From positions 1 to 13,702 of the forward strand of contig JBHLRS010000062.1 of NCBI GenBank assembly GCA_048882325.1: 13,702 nt of DNA, read 5' to 3'. Origin of the DNA: Candidatus Thorarchaeota archaeon. Lineage in GTDB: Archaea > Asgardarchaeota > Thorarchaeia > Thorarchaeales > Thorarchaeaceae. Shown one piece after another: positions 7,592 through 13,702 of the stretch (positions are counted from its first letter, which is position 1; every line of letters begins with the position of its first letter). The notes beneath the pieces are model-generated. The model did no database searches. It saw nothing but the letters and a program-made list of their open reading frames with translations, and was not told the DNA's origin. The position numbers were made by a program, and so were the translations under genes.

Positions 7592-8130
7592 AGATAGAGC
7601 TTGTAGATCCAGTTGATTGGGGCTCTATCATAGAGCAGGTTGACGTCGAGTTTGGAGCAGGAGTGATCAAGATACTTCTTGGAAATCGAGTGCCTGTAGT
7701 GATGGCTAGAGGGAGTACCAGAATCTTCTATGCAATTCCGACAGAGTGGATGTCGAGTCTTATTGAGAACGTGAATTTACTTGATATCCAGTTTATTGGT
7801 AAGGAGCTCGGCTCAATCGAAAAGGGAAGATTCAGACTTAGCTTGCAAATCCTGAGTGAATTGGCTGAAATCACTGATAGTTACTTGATAGTTTCTAGAC
7901 AAGGTGCAGAAGCCTTCACATATGGGAGGAGCATCATCAGAGAGTCTGTGAAGGAATTGAACACATCACTTGTGAGAGGTCAGAGGGTACTTGTGCTAAA
8001 TGAGAAAAGAGAGTGCCTTGGAATAGCAGCGCTCTCTGTAGATGCGGCAAAACTCACTCGACTTGGAGGAGACAGACTGGTTGCTAAGAATCTTGTAGAC
8101 ATAGGTTGGTTCATAAGACGCCTGGGTTAG
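7588..8130 (+). CDS. Nip7-like PUA-domain ribosome biogenesis protein
   Basis: 180 aa with G.ELG..EKGRFRL, AEAFTYGRSI, V.VLNE..ECLG.A and C-terminal NLVDIGWFIRR, typical of archaeal Nip7. ATGA overlap with the methyltransferase stop; AAGGAGG SD at 7571-7577. Confidence 0.78.
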   Translation: MKIELVDPVDWGSIIEQVDVEFGAGVIKILLGNRVPVVMARGSTRIFYAIPTEWMSSLIENVNLLDIQFIGKELGSIEKGRFRLSLQILSELAEITDSYLIVSRQGAEAFTYGRSIIRESVKELNTSLVRGQRVLVLNEKRECLGIAALSVDAAKLTRLGGDRLVAKNLVDIGWFIRRLG

Positions 8131-8873
8131 ACGAACATGTCGCTTGAACGGTCTGAGTCCTCGATTGATTTTCTCATTTTCTCGAGTCGTTCTATCTCAC
8201 GAGACTCCTCCAGAAGTTGCTCCACATTGGCTCCAACTCCATAGATATCATTGATTTTTTCGAGCATTGTTGCTGCGGACCGTGGATCGGGGCGACCTCT
8301 AGTTGCGTATGTGAGAAGGCCGATTGCTGGAGCCCCATGCATCTCAAGCTCAGCCAGGAACAGCGCCAGCGGACCTGCAACAAACAGACCTTCCTCAAGA
8401 AGTGGTACCTTCCATTTTTCAAGCATCTCCTTGTATGCAGTTGTGGGAACACAACGCATTTCCTCTTCATCCTCTTTGAATGATGCATCGAGCCCTCCGA
8501 GAAGCAAGGTCTCTTTGAATTTGTTCTCAGCTACCCAGCTTGCTAGTTTGTCGATGAATCCCCATTGCTCGGACTGGTGTGGTTGAAACCGAGGAACTAG
8601 GAAGATCATCTTCTTCTTTTTGTAGGAATAGAGTTCGAATGGTAAAACAAGACGTTCATTCTCCATAGAAACGAAGAGTGGAAGCATATCACTCTTGATG
8701 AACCCGACGCGATCAGCATCTAGGGTCCGGGTCAAATGTGCAGTGCTCAGAAATCCTACTTCACCTAGACCATGAAATCCACAGATGAAGGTGGATCCGG
8801 GTTCAATCTTGAAGTCCTTCTTCAGGATGATTTTGAAAGATGAATCAGTTGTAGCTACGAAAGCCATGACCAT
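8127..8873 (-). CDS. PAC2-family archaeal proteasome assembly chaperone/activator (PbaA/PbaB-like)
   Basis: ICGFHGLGEVGFL, LPFELY, LLLGGL, GPLALFL, RPDPRSAA, V..L.EE...IE coiled tail and C-terminal MFV (HbYX-like). GAGG SD on the minus strand at 8879-8882. Its stop overlaps the Nip7 stop (8127-8130). Confidence 0.88.
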   Translation of the reverse strand: MVMAFVATTDSSFKIILKKDFKIEPGSTFICGFHGLGEVGFLSTAHLTRTLDADRVGFIKSDMLPLFVSMENERLVLPFELYSYKKKKMIFLVPRFQPHQSEQWGFIDKLASWVAENKFKETLLLGGLDASFKEDEEEMRCVPTTAYKEMLEKWKVPLLEEGLFVAGPLALFLAELEMHGAPAIGLLTYATRGRPDPRSAATMLEKINDIYGVGANVEQLLEESREIERLEKMRKSIEDSDRSSDMFV

Positions 8874-8948
8874 TCAAGCCTCAGTTGAGAGAAGATAGTT
8901 TAACCTCTCTCGGTTACAAGGAAGAAATTTGGCGGTTGCTTTTGAGGC

Positions 8949-8955
8949 TTTATAT
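8949..8955. promoter_or_regulatory. Candidate archaeal TATA box in the divergent PAC2 / Hel308-like intergenic region
   Basis: TTTATAT on + reads ATATAAA on -, about 75 nt upstream of the PAC2 start. Orientation is unresolved. Confidence 0.35.
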
Positions 8956-9090
8956 GTGTCTACGTAAGATTGGCATTGTAGAGTGGATTACACACGCCTT
9001 GGGCCGCCATTGAGGACTATAGGAATTGTTCATTTTTGGACGAGCTCTACGGTATAGTGACCAGCCACACATAAAACTAATAGGAGTTCA

Positions 9091-9108
9091 TGATATGTCC
9101 TCATATCA
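9091..9108. promoter_or_regulatory. Perfect inverted repeat TGATATG-N4-CATATCA, candidate operator or leader hairpin
   Basis: 7-bp arms with a 4-nt spacer, ending 12 nt before the start of the Hel308-like gene. Confidence 0.35.
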
Positions 9109-9120
9109 CCTTATGCGCAT

Positions 9121-11340
9121 TTGATGGAGCGGGATTATTTGAGCACCCTAAGGGAACTAGAACTTCAACAGGTTGCTCCCCGTTTGTTGGAGTTACTCAG
9201 AAGGCAGGGACTTGCCACACTCACTAGATTTCAGTCCGCTTCAGTTCAACAAGGTATTATGAGGGGGATTAGTCAGTTATTAGTGACCTATGACTATAAT
9301 GAGGCATATATGGTAGGTGAGATTGCACTCCTCAACCGTGTTGCTTCTGACCACAGAGCAAGGGCGATAGTACTCTGTCCTCACCCTCACCAAGCGGAGA
9401 GGCGGTTTCGGTCATTAAGTCAGAAATGCAGTCGTTTGGGCATCGAGGCTTCAGAGATTATCCGTAGAAGGACTGCAACCACAGAAGGAGCAGGTTCAGG
9501 TAGAGTGGTTGTTGCAACATATGCATCAATGGATATTGCATCACGTGTAAACCCAGAAATTCTTGATGGTGTGGTCTACGTACTGATTGATCGACTTGAC
9601 CTCATTGGACAGCCACGTATTGGAGCGCGGCTCGAAACAGTTCTTGTGACATTATTAGGTCATGCAGATGTTCAGTATGCAGCAATCTGTCCTCCTCTTG
9701 AAGACATGGACGAATTGGGCACCTGGCTGGATGCAGAGATAGTGGAAGATCCGAAAGCAGATGTGAAACTGATTTTTAGTGTGAAAACCTTTGAGGACTC
9801 GGATGATTCAGTTGCAGATTTGACCGAATTTGTCACACGAAAGCAGGGACAGGTGATGATTCTCTGTTCTAATATTGCAACCTGCGAGGATTTTGCGGTT
9901 CAACTGGCCGGAATTGAAACAGGGAACAAGACCACAGCTGCAAATCTCAGACTGGCTCCTGAATACAGAGATGACCTTAGACATCTCTCACTTGACATAA
10001 AGAAGTGGTATAGCCAATGCGAAAACACAGTAAAGCTTAGCAAGGTAATCACAAAAGGGATCGCTTTCATCCATGAGGGAGTCGGAATGATCCAGAGAAG
10101 GACCATCTCTGAGGCATGGGAGGATGGTCTTCTACCTGTCATTGTGATGCCAACACGCTTTGCTATTGCAAGTGGTCTGAGGGCTACTGTCGTGTTCTTG
10201 ATGGGCGTGTTCATGCAGGAACTCGGCAAGGATGCCTCTCAGGAGGAATCAGTCACTATGTTGTCTGAGTGGCAGCTGAGTGATGTTCTTGAAGCAGCTG
10301 GCAGAAGGGGAATTGACAATGAAGCATTTGGAATCGTTGTGGTAGACAATGCGTCTGAGAGGGGTCGGGTTCTAAGCAAGTATTTCGAAGAGGACCAAAG
10401 AGGAAATCTAAAGGCAAGACTTGGTGAAGTTGACAGCGTAATGGATGAAACTGAGAATGTTCAAGACTTAGTTTTGCGTCAACTGTGTGGAAAATCTGGA
10501 AAAGGTGATGATCCCTTCTCAATCATTGATCGTACATTCTGGGGAAGTAGCAGTCTTGTGACTGACGTCAGACAAGCGGAAAAGCCAGATGAGTCATCAG
10601 TAGAGAAGCTCCTGACACTCCGTTCAACGAGGTCCACATCTTCCAGAGCGCAGGATATACCTGATTCAAGTGTGAAACTCACGACAGTAAGACCTGACAA
10701 GATAGAAGGTCTTGTACACAGCGGGAGCAGGGAGATATGGCACTATACAACACTGAAGGCGAAAGACGGTGTTTCATGTTCATGCGAGTCATGGAAATAT
10801 CAGGGTATACGAAAACACAGACTTTGCAAACATCTTATCAAGTTCGCCCGATTCGCAATGAATGAAGATGATACAAAACCCTATGCAGCAGGAGTGATAA
10901 TGCAGGCACTTCGAGGTCTTGAAGTATTCGGGGAGTTAGAGGCAGACAAGCTCATAATTCGTGATGAGAAAAGCACAAGATGTACGGAATTGGGAAAGGA
11001 TATTGCAGTTCTTGGAGTTCCTGTTAAAGACACCAAGAGAGTGATGAATGCAATCGCTGATGAGAAGAGTGACTTGAAGACAATCCTAAGGAATGTGGTC
11101 CTGACTCAAACAACCATTCCAAAGGATGTTGTGAAGCGTGTCCTGGATAAACTCCCTGCGAAGACCATTGAGGACATAATCTGTGAAGATGACATGCCAG
11201 GAATTGTCGAGAACTGTCTGGAAGAACTGGAATATGTAAACTCAATCCTACTGAAACTCCTCAAATCTAAACATCCAGCAAAGGAGGAGAGTAGGAAGCT
11301 TGGACAGAGTCTTCTTGCTCTTCTTGAGCCCATGAAGTAA
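9121..11340 (+). CDS. Catalytically degenerate Hel308/Ski2-like SF2 helicase with an inserted SWIM zinc finger
   Basis: Collinear with Hel308: Q-motif (GLATLTRFQ), motif Ia (AIVLCP), VVVATY, IDRLDLIG..R.GARLE, ELGTWLDAE, GIAFIHEG...R..I.EAW.DG.L.VIV, AAGRRGID, and the WH signature CTELGK.IA. SWIM motif CSC-x13-CKH at 10777-10833. TTG 9121 or ATG 9124 start. Confidence 0.82.
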   Translation: MMERDYLSTLRELELQQVAPRLLELLRRQGLATLTRFQSASVQQGIMRGISQLLVTYDYNEAYMVGEIALLNRVASDHRARAIVLCPHPHQAERRFRSLSQKCSRLGIEASEIIRRRTATTEGAGSGRVVVATYASMDIASRVNPEILDGVVYVLIDRLDLIGQPRIGARLETVLVTLLGHADVQYAAICPPLEDMDELGTWLDAEIVEDPKADVKLIFSVKTFEDSDDSVADLTEFVTRKQGQVMILCSNIATCEDFAVQLAGIETGNKTTAANLRLAPEYRDDLRHLSLDIKKWYSQCENTVKLSKVITKGIAFIHEGVGMIQRRTISEAWEDGLLPVIVMPTRFAIASGLRATVVFLMGVFMQELGKDASQEESVTMLSEWQLSDVLEAAGRRGIDNEAFGIVVVDNASERGRVLSKYFEEDQRGNLKARLGEVDSVMDETENVQDLVLRQLCGKSGKGDDPFSIIDRTFWGSSSLVTDVRQAEKPDESSVEKLLTLRSTRSTSSRAQDIPDSSVKLTTVRPDKIEGLVHSGSREIWHYTTLKAKDGVSCSCESWKYQGIRKHRLCKHLIKFARFAMNEDDTKPYAAGVIMQALRGLEVFGELEADKLIIRDEKSTRCTELGKDIAVLGVPVKDTKRVMNAIADEKSDLKTILRNVVLTQTTIPKDVVKRVLDKLPAKTIEDIICEDDMPGIVENCLEELEYVNSILLKLLKSKHPAKEESRKLGQSLLALLEPMK

Positions 11341-11410
11341 CATTTTTACGTGAGTAGACTCGTGGCGGCTCAAACCCAGGGTGTTGCTGACCCTGAGCGG
11401 TGGTTGACCA

Positions 11411-12556
11411 ATGAAGTTGTTTGAACATGAGGCTAAGGACATCTTCCGAGCCTTCAAGATGCCAACGCCTACAGGCGGTGTCGCTCGAACGCCAAAAGAG
11501 GCGAAAGAACGTGCTGCCGAGGTTGGAAAGCCTGTTGTCGTAAAGGCGATGGTTCTTGCGGGTAAACGGGGAAAGGCTGGAGGTGTGAAGTTCGCAGACA
11601 CCCCACAGGATGCAGAGAAGCGTGCTGAAGAGATTCTGAGAATGCGTATCAATGACTTGCCAGTTGAAGCGGTCTTAATTGAGGAAAAACTGGACATTCA
11701 ACAGGAGATCTATGCTGGAATCACCATTGACAGGAATGAACGCAAGTATGTCATAATCGGTAGTGCGGCTGGAGGAATGTCAATCGAAGAGCTCGCAGAG
11801 GAGAGTCCTGAAAAAATCATCAAAATGCATGTAGACCCCGGACTAGGTTTTCAGCCGTTTGAAGCTAGACAGATGGCTATTGCCATGGGTTTCAAGGGCA
11901 AGCAAATCAATCAGCTTGGAAGCTTCTTCCTGAGATTGTGGGAGATTGTCGAAACTTATGATGTAGAACTCACTGAGATTAACCCACTTATTCTTACGAA
12001 GGATGGTAGGTTCTTTGCTGCTGATGCTAGATTGAATATCGATGATAACTCACTATTCAGACACAAAGCAATCATCGAGCGGCTCAAACGTGAACCTGTC
12101 GAACAGAATGAGCGGGAGAGATTGGCCTCAGAGAACGATATGGCATATGTTGAACTAGAAGGAAATATCGCTTGCATCTGTAATGGTGCAGGACTTACTA
12201 TGGCGACCCTTGATGCTGTGTCACTCTACGGCGGCGAGGCGAGTACATTCCTTGATTTAGGAGGAGGAGCAGATGCAGAGCGGGTTGAGAAGGGCATTGA
12301 GATAGCGCTCATGTATCCCAATGTAAAGGCAATCTTGGTCAACATAATGGGAGGCATCACAAGATGCGATGAGGTGGCTAAGGGCATATTAGCAGCGAGA
12401 AAAGACGGAGATATCACTGCACCGATGGTGATTCGCATGGTTGGAACCAACGAGGAAGAAGGCCAAGCCATCCTGAATAAAGCAGGGATACCATTTTTGA
12501 AGACGATGGAAGAAGCTGCCTCGAAAGTGGTCGAGCTCGTGAAGGAGGTTACTTAG
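11411..12556 (+). CDS. sucC: Succinyl-CoA synthetase (NDP-forming) beta subunit
   Basis: MKLFEHEAK, GKRGKAGGVK, SAAGGMSIEE, EINPL, DDNSLFRH, NGAGLTMATLD, FLDLGGGA, NIMGGITRCDEVA and R..GTNEEEG. GGTGG SD at 11399-11403. Confidence 0.96.
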   Translation: MKLFEHEAKDIFRAFKMPTPTGGVARTPKEAKERAAEVGKPVVVKAMVLAGKRGKAGGVKFADTPQDAEKRAEEILRMRINDLPVEAVLIEEKLDIQQEIYAGITIDRNERKYVIIGSAAGGMSIEELAEESPEKIIKMHVDPGLGFQPFEARQMAIAMGFKGKQINQLGSFFLRLWEIVETYDVELTEINPLILTKDGRFFAADARLNIDDNSLFRHKAIIERLKREPVEQNERERLASENDMAYVELEGNIACICNGAGLTMATLDAVSLYGGEASTFLDLGGGADAERVEKGIEIALMYPNVKAILVNIMGGITRCDEVAKGILAARKDGDITAPMVIRMVGTNEEEGQAILNKAGIPFLKTMEEAASKVVELVKEVT

Positions 12557-13426
12557 ATGGCAGTTCTAGTTGACAAAGACACTAAGGTCATTGTTCAAGG
12601 AATCACTGGAGGACAGGGAACGTTTCACTCCGCAGCGATGTTAGAGTATGGCACCAAGATTGTTGCTGGAGTGACTCCTGGAAAATCTGGACAAGAGGTC
12701 AACGGAGTTCCTGTCTTTGATAGTGTGATTGACGCAAAAGAGGACACAGGAGCAAATGCTTCAATCATCTTTGTTCCAGCACCGTTTGCAGGCGACGCGG
12801 CTCTTGAAGCGATTGCTGCGGATCTTAATCCGGTGGTTCTAATTACAGAGCATGTTCCCGTAAAGGATGAAATTAAACTGATTCACGCTGCAAAAGCGAA
12901 GGGAATTACGGTTATTGGGCCAAACACACCCGGAGTCATCACACCCGGGGTAAAGCAGAAAGTTGGCATAATGCCTGGACATGTCTTCTCACATGGCGAA
13001 GTAGGACTCATGTCCCGAAGTGGTACACTGACCTATGAGATCGCAGCAGGAATGACTAATGCAGGTATTGGAATATCCACAGCCATAGGTCTCGGAGGAG
13101 ACCCGTGTGTTGGACTCACTACAATTGAGGCTGTTAGACTCTTCAAAGGAGACAAAGACACCAAGGCATTGGTCTTAGTGGGTGAGATTGGCGGCGATGC
13201 AGAGGAACGTGCTGCAGTCTATATCAAGAAAGAGTATGACCTTCCAGTCGTCGGATTCATCGCTGGGAGGACTGCGCCACCTGGAAAACGTATGGGACAT
13301 GCTGGAGCAATCATCAGTGGAAGTTCAGGAACTGCAGCTGCAAAGGTCAAAGCACTCAATGATGCAGGAGTTGCAGTGGCGGAGAAACCAAGTGATGTTG
13401 CTAGGCTCCTTAAGGAAGCAATGTAA
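12557..13426 (+). CDS. sucD: Succinyl-CoA synthetase alpha subunit
   Basis: VIVQGITG, GVTPGK, IGPNTPG, SRSGTLTYE, GEIGG and APPGKRMGHAGA (phospho-His). AGGAGGT SD at 12543-12549; abuts the sucC stop. Confidence 0.97.
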   Translation: MAVLVDKDTKVIVQGITGGQGTFHSAAMLEYGTKIVAGVTPGKSGQEVNGVPVFDSVIDAKEDTGANASIIFVPAPFAGDAALEAIAADLNPVVLITEHVPVKDEIKLIHAAKAKGITVIGPNTPGVITPGVKQKVGIMPGHVFSHGEVGLMSRSGTLTYEIAAGMTNAGIGISTAIGLGGDPCVGLTTIEAVRLFKGDKDTKALVLVGEIGGDAEERAAVYIKKEYDLPVVGFIAGRTAPPGKRMGHAGAIISGSSGTAAAKVKALNDAGVAVAEKPSDVARLLKEAM

Positions 13427-13464
13427 AGGGTTCTATGGAATCTTTTTGTGGAAAGAGCACAAGC

Positions 13465-13472
13465 TTTTAAAA
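13465..13472 (+). promoter_or_regulatory. Candidate TATA box for rpl40e
   Basis: TTTTAAAA preceded by purine-rich sequence, about 75 nt upstream of ATG 13548. A T5 tract at 13443-13447 may terminate sucCD. Confidence 0.4.
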
Positions 13473-13547
13473 CACAACACGGCTGGAAAGCCGAGCGGGC
13501 TAACTAGAAACTACTCTGTTCGCTATCAATGATATGAGGTTCAGAAG

Positions 13548-13702
13548 ATGCCAGTAGCTGACATCGAAAAACGAAGGCTAGCACAGCACTATTTGCTGTA
13601 CAAGTCCATTTGCCGATACTGTGGAGCAACTAATCCACTGAAGGCAAAGAAGTGCAGAAAATGCAAGAACAAGGACCTCAGACCAAAGAGACGTTCAAAG
13701 AG
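13548..13702 (+). CDS. rpl40e: 50S ribosomal protein eL40 (L40e), truncated by the window end
   Basis: Absent from the ORF track. Translates as MPVADIEKRRLAQHYLLYKSICRYCGATNPLKAKKCRKCKNKDLRPKRRSK..., with the C-x2-C...CRKC Zn ribbon and LRPK of eL40. GAGGT SD at 13536-13540. Confidence 0.93.
   Translation, partial: MPVADIEKRRLAQHYLLYKSICRYCGATNPLKAKKCRKCKNKDLRPKRRSK

Noticed and set aside
8954-9013. 19-aa ORF MCLRKIGIVEWITHALGRH with upstream GAGG
   Set aside because: Too short, no motif, and it overlaps the candidate TATA box; expected by chance.
9121-11340. Calling the Hel308-like gene a decaying pseudogene or an active helicase
   Set aside because: There are no stops or frameshifts over 739 codons and the SWIM ligand set is intact, which argues against decay. 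The missing Walker A Lys and Walker B Glu argue against an active helicase.
13480-13493. CGGCT-GGAA-AGCCG GNRA hairpin upstream of rpl40e as an autoregulatory leader
   Set aside because: Only 5 bp, and it lies between the candidate TATA box and the expected TSS, so it is probably not in the rpl40e transcript.
4316-13532. Remaining short alternative-frame or antisense ORFs (e.g. 4842..5195, 5532..6095, 8251..8586, 9900..10229, 11248..11697, 13182..13532)
   Set aside because: Shadows of well-supported genes, with the Ser/Pro-rich composition typical of antisense frames and no family motifs.
1-13702. CRISPR arrays, tRNA/rRNA genes, IS elements, integrases or defence islands
   Set aside because: No regularly spaced direct repeats, cloverleafs, transposase/integrase ORFs or terminal inverted repeats were seen. 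Intergenic gaps are at most ~250 bp and the gene content is mostly housekeeping.

Overview
Archaeal chromosomal window. Archaeal eL40, PAC2, Nop2/Nip7 and Hel308-type genes, with GGAGG/GAGGTG ribosome-binding sites, suggest a TACK/Asgard-type archaeon; this taxonomy is inference. The ORF track misses two real genes that run off the window edges: a >1143-aa minus-strand membrane-anchored surface glycoprotein (<1..3431) and ribosomal protein eL40 (13548..>13702). Between them lie an HD phosphohydrolase, a CYTH/CyaB-type protein, a four-gene run (ThrC-like PLP enzyme, Fcy1-type cytosine deaminase, Nop2/NSUN m5C methyltransferase, Nip7-like PUA protein), a PAC2 proteasome chaperone, a 739-aa Hel308-like protein and sucCD. 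The two most striking signals are apparent pseudoenzymes in intact reading frames. (1) The Hel308/Ski2-like protein has lost Walker A, DExH, motif III and part of motif VI, and carries a SWIM Zn finger inserted in its winged-helix region. (2) The surface protein has a TgpA-like transglutaminase domain with all three catalytic residues (Cys/His/Asp) replaced, followed by at least 7 Ig-like repeats rich in N-glycosylation sequons. No tRNA, rRNA, CRISPR array or mobile element was seen. All family calls come from motif reading by eye, not from database searches.
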